Of a stretch of DNA of 64,000 bases, positions 41,636-51,454 are shown one piece after another. The notes beneath the pieces are model-generated. The model saw nothing but the letters and a program-made list of their open reading frames with translations. It did not search any database and had not been told where the DNA came from. The DNA is from an uncultured Actinomycetes bacterium (lineage in GTDB: Bacteria > Actinomycetota > Acidimicrobiia > IMCC26256 > DASPTH01): positions 403,038-467,037 of the forward strand of contig CAWJCN010000004.1 in assembly GCA_963841415.1 (NCBI GenBank). The letters are read 5' to 3'. The first letter of the stretch is position 1. The number at the start of each line of letters is the position of its first letter. The position numbers and the translations under genes are program-made.

Positions 41636-41950
41636 ATGTACGCAGCACTGGCAACCGTCTCCATCAGCGACTACGAGCAGGCCCGGCGGCTGCTGCACGA
41701 CGACGTGCTGCCGACCGTCGCCGACATCCCCGGCTTCGTCTCCGGCCACTGGCTCGCTCCGGTTGACGGCAAGGGCATCGAGATCCTCATCTTCGAGACC
41801 GAGGAAGAAGCGCTCGCGATGGCGACGCAGATGCCGGCCGGTCGTCAGGTGAACGAGTTCGTCACCGTCGACGCCGTCGAGGTGCGCGAGGTGGCGGGCA
41901 ACGTCCACCAGCCCGACGACCTCCCCATGTCGATGACCTCTGAGACGTAG
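41636..41950 (+). CDS. Small hypothetical protein (ABM/ferredoxin-like fold)
   Basis: GGAGG SD; VLP.V...PGFVSGHWL...FETEE. Confidence 0.7.
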   Translation: MYAALATVSISDYEQARRLLHDDVLPTVADIPGFVSGHWLAPVDGKGIEILIFETEEEALAMATQMPAGRQVNEFVTVDAVEVREVAGNVHQPDDLPMSMTSET

Positions 41951-42020
41951 CGCGTCAGCGAGGAGTGCGTCGGTAACCCGCTCCTGGAGCCGCCACCCCC
42001 TCCGGTACCCTGACACGACT

Positions 42021-45000
42021 ATGTCGGACTTCCTCGACGCGCTCGCCGAGCGCGTGCTCGTGTTCGACGGCGCGTTCGGCACCTGGGTCCAGGACCAGGG
42101 CCTCGGCCCCGACGACTTCGGGGGGCCCGCGCTCGAAGGCTGCAACGAGCGCCTCGTCCTCACCCGCCCCGACCTCATCCGGCAGATGCACTCCGAGTAC
42201 TTCGAGGCCGGCGTCGACGCTGTGGAGACCGCCACCTTCGGCGCCTTCGGCCTCGTGCTCAACGAGTACGGCATCGCCGACGAGACCTTCGCCATCAACG
42301 AGCAAGCCGCCCGCCTCGCCAAGGCGGTCGCGGCCGACCACTCGACCCCCGACCGCCCCCGCTTCGTCATCGGCTCCATCGGCCCCGGCACGCGCCTCCC
42401 CTCGCTCGGCCAGATCGCCTTCACCGACCTGCGCGACGACTACGAGGCGATGGTCGCGGGCTTGCTCGCGGGCGGCACCGACGTCCTCCTGATCGAGACG
42501 GTGCAGGACCTCCTCCAGTGCAAGGCGGCGATCATCGGCGCCCGCCGGGCGATGGCGACCGCGGGCGTGACCGTGCCGCTCATGGTGCAGGTCACGGTCG
42601 AGACCACCGGCCGTCTCCTCGTGGGCTCGGAGATCGGCGCCGCGCTCACGGCGCTCGAAGCGCTGCGGCCCGACGTCATCGGCCTCAACTGCGCGACTGG
42701 TCCCGCGGAGATGACCGAGCACCTTCGCTACCTCTCGCGGCACGCGCGCACGTTCCTGTCGTGCCTCCCCAACGCGGGCCTGCCGTCGATCGTCGACGGC
42801 CACACGCACTACGACCTCACGCCCGAGGCGTTGGCCGACGCGCACGCGCGCTTCATCGACGAGTTCGGGCTCAACATCGTCGGCGGCTGTTGCGGCACCA
42901 CCCCCGTTCACCTGCGCGCGGTCACCGACCGGATCGGCACCCGCGCCCCGGTCGACCGCACGCCCGAGCACGAGCCCAGCTGCTCGTCGATCTACAGCCC
43001 GGTCACGTTCCACCAGGAGCTCGCCTACCTCGCCATCGGCGAGCGCACGAACGCCAACGGCTCGAAGAAGTTCCGCGAGGCGATGCTCGAAGCCGACTGG
43101 GACACGTGTGTGCAGATGGCGCGCGACCAGGTGAAGGAAGGCGCGCACGTGCTCGACGTCTGCGTGGACTACGTGGGCCGTGACGGCACCGTCGACATGC
43201 ACGAGATCGCGAGCCGCTTCGCCACGCAGGCCGCGCTCCCCCTCGTGTTCGACTCCACCGAACCGGCCGTTCTCGAGACCGGCCTCCAGCACTCCGGCGG
43301 CAAGGCGATCCTCAACTCCGCCAACCTGGAGGAAGGCGAGGACACGGGCAAGCGCTTCGACCGGGTCATGTCGCTGGCGCGTGAGTACGGCGCGGCCGTC
43401 ATCTGCCTCGCCATCGACGAGGACGGCCAGGCCCGCACCGCCGACGACAAGCTGCGCATCTGCCGACGCATCTACGACCTCGCCGTCGAGCGCTACGGCA
43501 TCGAGCCCACCGACCTCATCTTCGACATGCTCACGTTCCCGCTCGGGTCGGGCGCCGAGGACCTCCGCCGCGACGGCATCGAGACCATCGAGGCCATCCG
43601 CCGCGCGAAGACCGAGCTCCCCGGGTCGTCGACGGTCCTCGGGCTGTCGAACATCAGCTTCGGACTCAAGCCCGCGATCCGTCACGTGCTCAACAGCGTG
43701 TTCCTGCACGAGTGCCGCGAGGCCGGGCTCGACGCCGCCATCGTGCACGCGGCCCGCATCATGCCGATGCACAGGATCGACGACCACGTGCGCGAGGTCA
43801 CCCTCGACCTGGTCTACGACCGTCGCCGCGACGACTACGACCCGCTCACCGAGCTCATGGCGCTGTTCGAGGGCGTCGACGCGACTGCCGTCGAGCAGGA
43901 GGACCGATCGGGCTGGCCGATCGAGCAGCGCCTCGAACACCGGATCATCGACGGCAACCGCGACGGGCTCGAAGCCGACCTCGAGGAGCAGCTCACCTCA
44001 CGACCCGCGCTCTCGATCGTCAACGACGTGCTGCTCGAGGGCATGAAGGTGGTCGGCGACCTCTTCGGGCGTGGCGAGATGCAGCTCCCGTTCGTGCTGC
44101 AGAGCGCGGAGACGATGAAGGCCGCGGTGGGCTTCCTCGAACCGCACATGGAGAAGGCCGACGCCGGCGGGAAGGGCCGCGTGGTCATCGGCACCGTGAA
44201 GGGAGACGTCCACGACATCGGCAAGAACCTCGTCGACATCATCCTCACCAACAACGGCTACGAGGTGCACAACATCGGCATCAAGGCGCCGCTCTCGGCC
44301 TTCGTCGAGAAGGCCAACGAGGTGGCGGCCGACGCCATCGGCATGAGCGGCCTGCTCGTGAAGAGCACCTTGATCATGCGCGAGAACCTCGAGGAGCTCA
44401 ACGCCCAGGGCCTGGCCGAGATCCCGGTGCTGCTCGGCGGCGCCGCGCTCACGCGCACCTACGTCGAGCGCGACCTGCGCGAGGTCTACGACGGCCGGCT
44501 GTTCTACGGCAAGGACGCCTTCGAGGGTCTCCACACCATGGACCAGCTCATGGAGGGCAAGAAGACCGGCGTGCTCGACCCCGACTTCGGTCGTGCGCTC
44601 GGCGGCCGGATCCTGCCCCCGCGGAAGTCCGAGATGGAGGCCGAGCGCGCCGTCACCGCGGCCGCGGTGCGCTCCGATGTCGCCGCCGACGTCGAGATCT
44701 TCACGCCACCGTTCGTCGGCTCGCGCGTCGCCAAGGGCATCCCGCTCGACGACATCGCTGCCTACATCAACGAAACGGCGTTGTTCCGCAACCAGTGGCA
44801 GTTCCGACCCGACAAGTCGCTCGGTGAGAACGACACCGAGTTCAGGGAGCGGATCCGCCCCACGCTGCGCGCGCTGCTCGACGAGGCCAAGGCCGAAGGC
44901 TGGCTGGTGCCTGCGGTGATCTGGGGCTACTTCCCCGTGAACGCCGACGGCAACGACCTCATCGTGTGGACCGACGACGACCGTCGCAACGAGCGCCTGC

Positions 45001-45488
45001 GGTTCACGTTCCCGCGCCAGCGCAGCGACCGTCAGCTGTGCATCAGCGACTTCTTCCGGTCGGACGAGAGTGGCGACGCCGACTACGCCGCGTTCCACGT
45101 CGTGACCGTCGGCGAGCTCGCCAGCGCGCGTGAACGCGAGCTGTTCGCCGCCGACAAATACCAGGAGTACCTGCTCACGCACGGGTTGTCGGTGGAGATG
45201 ACCGAGGCGCTCGCGGAATTGTGGCACTGGCGCATCCGCGAGGAGTGGGGGTTCGTCAGCGAGGACGGCCCGACCCTTGCGGGGTTGTTCCGCCAGCAGT
45301 ACCGCGGGTCGCGCTACTCGTGGGGCTACCCCGCGTGCCCCGACCTCGACGACCAGGCCAAGCTCGACGACCTGCTCGAACTGCACCGCATCGGCGTGAA
45401 GCTCACCGAGGAGTTCCAGCTCGAGCCCGAGCAGAGCACGTCGGCGATCATCGTTCCCCACCCCGAGGCGAAGTACTTCACCACCTGA
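42021..45488 (+). CDS. metH: Cobalamin-dependent methionine synthase
   Basis: GLNC, GGCCGT, GERTNANGS, GDVHDIGKN, RYSWGYPACP. Confidence 0.97.
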   Translation: MSDFLDALAERVLVFDGAFGTWVQDQGLGPDDFGGPALEGCNERLVLTRPDLIRQMHSEYFEAGVDAVETATFGAFGLVLNEYGIADETFAINEQAARLAKAVAADHSTPDRPRFVIGSIGPGTRLPSLGQIAFTDLRDDYEAMVAGLLAGGTDVLLIETVQDLLQCKAAIIGARRAMATAGVTVPLMVQVTVETTGRLLVGSEIGAALTALEALRPDVIGLNCATGPAEMTEHLRYLSRHARTFLSCLPNAGLPSIVDGHTHYDLTPEALADAHARFIDEFGLNIVGGCCGTTPVHLRAVTDRIGTRAPVDRTPEHEPSCSSIYSPVTFHQELAYLAIGERTNANGSKKFREAMLEADWDTCVQMARDQVKEGAHVLDVCVDYVGRDGTVDMHEIASRFATQAALPLVFDSTEPAVLETGLQHSGGKAILNSANLEEGEDTGKRFDRVMSLAREYGAAVICLAIDEDGQARTADDKLRICRRIYDLAVERYGIEPTDLIFDMLTFPLGSGAEDLRRDGIETIEAIRRAKTELPGSSTVLGLSNISFGLKPAIRHVLNSVFLHECREAGLDAAIVHAARIMPMHRIDDHVREVTLDLVYDRRRDDYDPLTELMALFEGVDATAVEQEDRSGWPIEQRLEHRIIDGNRDGLEADLEEQLTSRPALSIVNDVLLEGMKVVGDLFGRGEMQLPFVLQSAETMKAAVGFLEPHMEKADAGGKGRVVIGTVKGDVHDIGKNLVDIILTNNGYEVHNIGIKAPLSAFVEKANEVAADAIGMSGLLVKSTLIMRENLEELNAQGLAEIPVLLGGAALTRTYVERDLREVYDGRLFYGKDAFEGLHTMDQLMEGKKTGVLDPDFGRALGGRILPPRKSEMEAERAVTAAAVRSDVAADVEIFTPPFVGSRVAKGIPLDDIAAYINETALFRNQWQFRPDKSLGENDTEFRERIRPTLRALLDEAKAEGWLVPAVIWGYFPVNADGNDLIVWTDDDRRNERLRFTFPRQRSDRQLCISDFFRSDESGDADYAAFHVVTVGELASARERELFAADKYQEYLLTHGLSVEMTEALAELWHWRIREEWGFVSEDGPTLAGLFRQQYRGSRYSWGYPACPDLDDQAKLDDLLELHRIGVKLTEEFQLEPEQSTSAIIVPHPEAKYFTT

Positions 45489-45577
45489 TCCCCGTCGTTC
45501 GCTCCGCTCACTCCGTCCCAGCGGACGAGCACCGGCGGAGCCGGCTGCTCATCCGGATCGCCGGACCGCGCCTCAGC

Positions 45578-47074
45578 TCAGCTCCGGCTCGGCGGGCGGC
45601 ACTCGAGGAACACCTGGGGAACCCGGCTGCGCAGCGCGGCCAGCGCGTCGGCGTCGGGCGCGGCGTTCGGGTTGTCGGTGAGCGCCTGCAGGATCGGAGT
45701 GAACACGGGGTCGCGCACGAGCGTGTCGCTGCTGCACACGGCGACCGGCACCCCGGCGCCTTGCTTGAGCACCTCGAGGAAGAGCTCGTCGCGGATCGCG
45801 GCGAGGGTGAGCGCACCGACCGCCCGGTTGGGCGCCTCGGTGCTCGCTGCACCGGGGTCACAGGTGGTCAGCGTGATCTGCTTCCCCGTCTCGACCGCGG
45901 CCGAGCCCGCCGGCATCGCGGCCGCCCACTGGGTGAGCGCCTCGCCGATCGCCTTGGTCTTGGCACGGTTGCGGCCGACGAACGCGCTGCGGAGACAGGT
46001 CGTCTTGTCGCGGGTGAAGGCGACCATGGCGTCGCCACCCCAGCCGTCGGCCGCGCTCAGCGCGGCCGCGGGGTCGATGCGCGACGCGAGCACCTGGTAG
46101 AGCGAGAACGCACCGAACGAGTCCGGCTGGCCCACGCGCTTCTCGCCGGCCCGCAGCTTGGGCGTGCTCACCGTGGTGAAGTGGCTGCCGTCGAGCAGCG
46201 TCGACGGCGTGAGGAACGCGCTGTCGCTCGTGGGCGGGTGCTCGAAGAGCTTGTCGATGCCCGCGACGTGCTGCTTGGCGATCACCGAGTCGAGCATGAT
46301 CGGCCCGAGGTCGTAGGGCGCCTCGAAGAACACCTGCAACGACTCGGGCACGTCGGCGTCGGTCGCCTCCTTGCGCGCCTCATCGCTCTGGGCGCTCGAC
46401 TCCGACTCGTACGCCGCCCGCTCAGCCTTCGACAGCGTGTCGACGTAGTCGTTCTGGATGCGCACCGCGTCACCTTCGATGATCGTGCGGAGCACGGTGG
46501 ACGAGTGCGTCTTCGCCGCATCCTTCTGCAGTTTGGTGAGATCGAAGTGCTGGTCCTGCAGCGCGTGTGTGAGCTCGTGCGCGAGCGTGACCTTGGTGGC
46601 GATGTCGTCGAGCTTCTTTCCCTTCACGGTGACGCTCTTGGTGGTGTTGTCGTAGTAGGCGAGCACGCCCGACTTCTGCAGCGAGCTGGTGGCGTCGAGG
46701 AGGTCGACGTCGTTCCCGATGAGGCCGACCGCGCGGAGCTGGCTCTGCGACTGCTCCGCGTCGCGCTTGTCGGCTGCCGTGAGCTTGCCCTTGTCGACGG
46801 CGACCTTCTTCTCGAACGCGGCTTCGGAGAGGAACTTCACCGCGACCGGATGCTCGAAGGACAACTTGCGGAGCTTCTCGACCTCGCGGGCGATGGGCGC
46901 GATCCGGGGGTCCCAGCGCTTCGGGGTGGGTGCGACGGTAGGCGGCGCGGTCGTCGGCGCGGTCTTGGCCCCGGCAGCGCCCCCGGCGACGCCGAGCACC
47001 GAGACGACCAGCGCCAGGACCATCACACTCCGACGAGTCCCCAGTGTGATGCGGCCGATCCGCGCGCTCGTCAT
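45578..47074 (-). CDS. Secreted putative zinc metallopeptidase (HEXXH)
   Basis: Signal peptide, LAYYD, AHELTHALQDQHF, EGDA, WGGD. Confidence 0.8.
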   Translation of the reverse strand: MTSARIGRITLGTRRSVMVLALVVSVLGVAGGAAGAKTAPTTAPPTVAPTPKRWDPRIAPIAREVEKLRKLSFEHPVAVKFLSEAAFEKKVAVDKGKLTAADKRDAEQSQSQLRAVGLIGNDVDLLDATSSLQKSGVLAYYDNTTKSVTVKGKKLDDIATKVTLAHELTHALQDQHFDLTKLQKDAAKTHSSTVLRTIIEGDAVRIQNDYVDTLSKAERAAYESESSAQSDEARKEATDADVPESLQVFFEAPYDLGPIMLDSVIAKQHVAGIDKLFEHPPTSDSAFLTPSTLLDGSHFTTVSTPKLRAGEKRVGQPDSFGAFSLYQVLASRIDPAAALSAADGWGGDAMVAFTRDKTTCLRSAFVGRNRAKTKAIGEALTQWAAAMPAGSAAVETGKQITLTTCDPGAASTEAPNRAVGALTLAAIRDELFLEVLKQGAGVPVAVCSSDTLVRDPVFTPILQALTDNPNAAPDADALAALRSRVPQVFLECRPPSRS

Positions 47075-47132
47075 CCGGCCAACGACGCTACCGGGCCGGA
47101 TCACTGGCACCGGCGCGGGCGTGGCACCCGGA

Positions 47133-48648
47133 TCAGGCCGGGTTCGACTCCTGGCACTGCCGGATGATCTCAGGCACGCGTGCCTGTACCGCGGTGATCA
47201 GGGCGGGGTCGGGTTCGGCGGTCGGGTCGTTGCCCGCAGCCTCGATGGCCGGTGCGAACACCGGATCGCGCACGAGCGTGTCAGCGCTGCACGTGGCCAC
47301 CGCCTCCGGTGCACCTTCCTTCAGGAGCTCAGCGAAGAACCCATCACGGTTCACGACGAACGCGAACGACGCGTTCGGCTTGTTGGGAATCGCGGTGCCG
47401 GCCGCGCCAGGGTCGCAGGCGGTCAGCGTCACCCGATCGGCGGTGCCGTTGACGGTCACCGTTCCGGCCGGCATCTGCGCCGCCCACTTGTTGAGCGCGT
47501 CGGTGATGGTCGCGGTGCCGTCGGTGCCACGACCGGCGAACGTGGCACGGAGGCACGTCGTGCCCTTCCGCGTGAAGGTCACCATGGAGTCGCCGTCCCA
47601 GGCATCGGCAGCGGTCAGCGAGGTCGCGTTGTCGAGCCGCGGACGCGAGCACCTGGAAGAGCGAGAACGATCCGAATTGGTCGGGCTTGCCCGAGCGCTT
47701 CTCGCCCGCCACCAGCGCCGGCGTCTCGACGGTCTGGAACGCGTGACCGTCGAGCAACGTCGTCGGCGTCACGAACGTGGCATCGGCGACAGGCGGGTTG
47801 GCGAACAGCGCATCGACTCCAGCGGCCTGGCTCGTCGCGGCCACCGCGGTGACCATCGGCTGCCCGAGTGCGTACGGCATCTGGAAGGCCGTCGTCAACG
47901 TGTCCGGGACGCCCTTCGCGGTGATCTCGGCCTGCGCCTGCTTCCCGGTCGCGGCGTTCTCGGTCGTGTAGGCCTGCTGCTCGTCGGCGGAGAGCGAGTG
48001 CTCGTAGTCGGTCTGGATTCGCACTGCGTCCCCCTCGACGAGTGCGCGCAGTGCCGTCGACCCGTGGAGGGGCTTCGCCGCCTTCTCCAACTTCTGGAGG
48101 TCGAAGTGCTGGTCCTGGAGCGCGTGCGTGAGCTCGTGCGCCACGGTCACGCGGGTCGCGACGTCGTCGAGGTTCGTCCCCTTGACGGTGATCGTCTTCT
48201 TCTTCGGGTCGTAGTACGCCAGCACCCCGGACTGTTGGAGGGATTCGATCGCCTTGACGATGTCGACGTCAGAGCCGATGAGTCCGAGCGCACGCAGTTG
48301 GGCCTGTGCACGCGCGATGTCCGCCTTGTCGTCCTTCGCCAGCTTGCCCCGGTCGACCGCCACCTTCTTCTCGAAGGCGGCGTCGTCGAGGAACTCGGCG
48401 GTGACCGGGTGGTCGAAGGTGAGGCCGCGCAACTCGGCGACCTTGTCGGCGATCGGCTGGAGCCGAGGGTCCCACGCCGTGGGTACGGTCGTGGTGGTGG
48501 TGGTGGTCGAGCTGGTCGTGGTCGTGCGCTTGGCCGACGCGGCCGGCGCGAGCAGGAACGTCGCCAGCAGCGCGGCCACGAGAACGACCATCGCCGCACG
48601 CGCAGAGCGCGCGGGGCCGATCCGACCCCAGAACCCAGTCCCCGTCAT
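47133..48648 (-). CDS. Paralogous secreted HEXXH protein (single-base frameshift near 47640)
   Basis: Same motifs as the neighbour; the two track ORFs 47344..48810 and 47133..47585 join into one colinear paralog if one base is removed. Confidence 0.78.
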
Positions 48649-48753
48649 GGCGGCGGACCCTAGTGGGGCCGGTCGCGGCGGTAGGGTCACCCCACGTGAC
48701 CGGTTGACCACGAGGACGCGCCTCCGGGAGGTCCCGCCTACCATGCTCCGACG

Positions 48754-49836
48754 ATGAAGGGTCTCATCCTCTCCGGAGGCGCGGGGACGCGCCTGCGGCC
48801 CATCACCCACACGAGCGCCAAGCAGCTCGTGCCGGTGGCCAACAAGCCGATCCTCTTCTATGGCATCGAGGACATGGTCGCCGCCGGCATCAAGCGCATC
48901 GGCATCGTCGTCGGCGAGACGGCCCCTGAGATCCGGGCCGCGGTGGGCGACGGGTCACGCTGGGGCGCCGAGATCACCTACATCCCGCAGGACTCGCCCC
49001 GCGGCCTGGCTCACTGCGTGCTCATCGCCCGCGAGTTCCTCGGCAACGACGACTTCGTGGTGTACCTGGGCGACAACATGCTGCAGCAGCGGCTCGACGG
49101 ACTCGTGGCGGCGTTCGAAGCCGAACGCGCGGCGGCGCCGGACCAACTGGCGGCCCAGCTCCTGCTCGCGCACGTCGAGGATCCGCGCCAGTCCGGCGTG
49201 GCGGTGCTCGGCACCGACGGCGAGGTCGTGCAGCTGATCGAGAAGCCCGAGGACCCGCCGTCAGACCTCGCCATCGCGGGCGTCTACCTCTTCGGCCCGC
49301 GCGTGCACGACGCCGTACGGGCCATCACGCCATCGGCGCGGGGCGAGCTCGAGATCACCGACGCCATCCAGTGGCTCGTCGACCAGGGCTTCCGGGTGCG
49401 CCACGAGATCCTGCAGGGCTGGTGGATCGACACCGGCAAGAAGGATCCCCTGCTCGAGAGCAACCGGCTCGTGCTCGACACGATCACCGAGCGGTTCGAC
49501 GGATCGGTCGACGACGAGTCGCGCATCGAGGGCCGCGTCGTCATCGAAGCCGGCGCCGAGATCGTCCGGTCGACCGTGCGCGGGCCGACGATCGTCGGCG
49601 AGCGGACGCGTGTCGTCGACAGCTACATCGGGCCGTACACGTCGGTGGCGTCCGACTGCGAGATCATCGACTCGGAGCTGGAGAACTCGGTGTTGCTCGA
49701 TCGGAGCCGCGTCCTGTCGGCGGGACGGATCTCCGACTCACTCATCGGGAAGGACGCCGAGGTGGTCCGCTCGGAGGCAGCACCGCGCGCCACGCGTGTG
49801 ATGCTCGGCGACCACTCCCGGGTGGAGCTGGCCTAG
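48754..49836 (+). CDS. rfbA: Glucose-1-phosphate thymidylyltransferase (long form)
   Basis: GGAGTRLRPITH, AKQLVPVANKP, RGELEITD. Confidence 0.93.
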   Translation: MKGLILSGGAGTRLRPITHTSAKQLVPVANKPILFYGIEDMVAAGIKRIGIVVGETAPEIRAAVGDGSRWGAEITYIPQDSPRGLAHCVLIAREFLGNDDFVVYLGDNMLQQRLDGLVAAFEAERAAAPDQLAAQLLLAHVEDPRQSGVAVLGTDGEVVQLIEKPEDPPSDLAIAGVYLFGPRVHDAVRAITPSARGELEITDAIQWLVDQGFRVRHEILQGWWIDTGKKDPLLESNRLVLDTITERFDGSVDDESRIEGRVVIEAGAEIVRSTVRGPTIVGERTRVVDSYIGPYTSVASDCEIIDSELENSVLLDRSRVLSAGRISDSLIGKDAEVVRSEAAPRATRVMLGDHSRVELA

Positions 49837-49920
49837 ATGGAGCGCGTGTGGTGGAGATGCAGCGGAGGCGTGGCCGGAGGCCGGGACGCCATAGCGGAAT
49901 CGACCAGTCGTAGTGGCTGA
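49837..49920 (+). repeat. MIRU-like element encoding a 27-aa relay mini-ORF between rfbA and rfbC
   Basis: ATG abuts the rfbA TAG; TGA overlaps the rfbC start (GTGGCTGA). Confidence 0.75.
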
Positions 49921-50479
49921 CGTGGTCGAGTCCGACGTCATCGCGGGCGTGTACGTGGTGCAACCGGTCGTGCACGGCGACGAGCGCGGCATCTTCATCG
50001 AGACCTACCGCCGCGAGTGGTTCCCGCAGGGTCGCGAGATGCTCCAGGGCAATCGCGGCAACCGCCAGGCCGGTGCCGTCGTCGGCCTCCACTACCACCT
50101 GCACCAGGCCGACTACTGGTACGTGCCGATGGGTCGTGCGCGCGTCGTGCTGCACGACCTGCGCGAGGGTTCACCCACCGACGGCAACACGCTCACGATC
50201 GACCTCGGCGAACGACCCGACGGCACGTTCGACCACCGTGGCGTGTTCATCCCGCCGGGCGTCGCGCACGGGTTCGCCGCTCTCACCGACATGGTGATCA
50301 CCTACCTCGTCGACGGCTACTACAACCCCAACGACGAGCTCGGCGTGGCGTGGAACGATCCCGCGGTCCGGGCCGACTGGGGCGTGACCGGCCCGACGCT
50401 GTCGAAGCGCGACCAGGACAACCCTGCGCACGCCGATCTTCCCGAGCGTCTCCGGCCGCGGTGGGGGTTGCGCACGTGA
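49913..50479 (+). CDS. rfbC: dTDP-4-dehydrorhamnose 3,5-epimerase
   Basis: HGDERGIFIE, GLHYH, PPGVAHGF. Confidence 0.9.
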   Translation: MADVVESDVIAGVYVVQPVVHGDERGIFIETYRREWFPQGREMLQGNRGNRQAGAVVGLHYHLHQADYWYVPMGRARVVLHDLREGSPTDGNTLTIDLGERPDGTFDHRGVFIPPGVAHGFAALTDMVITYLVDGYYNPNDELGVAWNDPAVRADWGVTGPTLSKRDQDNPAHADLPERLRPRWGLRT

Positions 50480-51444
50480 ACCCACGCCGGATCCTCGTCA
50501 CCGGGGGCGCGGGGTTCATCGGGTCGAACTACGTGCGCCACGTGCTCACCACCACCGACGACTCGGTGACGGTGTACGACGCACTCACCTACGCCGGCAA
50601 CCTCAGCACGATGCGCGACGTCGACGACGATCCGCGCTACCACTTCGTGAAGGGCAACATCTGCGACCCCGACCATCTGGAAGACGCGATGCGCGGTCAC
50701 GACGCGGTGGTGCACTTCGCAGCCGAGAGCCACGTCGACCGCTCGATCGTGGGGCCCGACGATTTCATCCACACCAACTGCTTCGGCACCAACGTCGTGA
50801 TGGACACCGCCCGCCGGCTCGAGATCGCGCGGGTCGTGCACATCGGCACCGACGAGGTGTACGGCTCGGTGGAGGTGGGCTCGTCGAAGGAGACCGACCC
50901 GCTCGAACCGCGCTCGCCCTATTCGGCGTCGAAGGCGGGCTCCGACCTCATCGCGCTCTCGTACCACCACACGTACGGGCTGCCCGTCACCGTCACTCGC
51001 TGCACCAACAACTTCGGGCCCTACCAGTTCCCGGAGAAGGCCATCCCGCTGTTCACCACCAACCTCCTCGACGGCGGCACGATCCCGCTCTACGGCGACG
51101 GGCTCAACGAGCGCGACTGGATCTACGTGGACGACCACTGCGCGGGCGTGCAGCTCGTGCTGGACGCCGGCGCGCCGGGCGAGATCTACAACATCGGGGC
51201 CGGCAACGAGACGCCCAACCGCGTGCTCGTCGACAAGCTGCTCGGGGTCCTCGGCAAGGACGAAAGCTCCGTGCAGTACGTCACCGACCGCCTCGGCCAC
51301 GACCGCCGCTACTCGGTCGACATCGCCAAGGTCACCGCACTCGGCTGGCAGAAGCAGCGCACGCTCGACGAGGCGCTGGAGGCGACGGTCGCGTGGTACC
51401 GCGACCATCGCTGGTGGTGGGAACCGCTCAAGCAGCGCGCGTAG
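50476..51444 (+). CDS. rfbB: dTDP-glucose 4,6-dehydratase
   Basis: TGGAGFIGSN, AAESHVDRSI, TDEVYG, YSASK. Confidence 0.94.
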   Translation: MNPRRILVTGGAGFIGSNYVRHVLTTTDDSVTVYDALTYAGNLSTMRDVDDDPRYHFVKGNICDPDHLEDAMRGHDAVVHFAAESHVDRSIVGPDDFIHTNCFGTNVVMDTARRLEIARVVHIGTDEVYGSVEVGSSKETDPLEPRSPYSASKAGSDLIALSYHHTYGLPVTVTRCTNNFGPYQFPEKAIPLFTTNLLDGGTIPLYGDGLNERDWIYVDDHCAGVQLVLDAGAPGEIYNIGAGNETPNRVLVDKLLGVLGKDESSVQYVTDRLGHDRRYSVDIAKVTALGWQKQRTLDEALEATVAWYRDHRWWWEPLKQRA

Positions 51445-51454
51445 CGCCGATCAG

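Noticed and set aside
41951-42020. Cobalamin or SAM riboswitch upstream of metH
   Set aside because: The gap is only 70 nt with a -10-like box close to the ATG, and I see no conserved riboswitch motifs
45489-45577. Possible ncRNA between metH and the HEXXH gene
   Set aside because: Only short REP-like GTTCGCTCCGCTCAC and weak stems between convergent genes; nothing supports a defined RNA family
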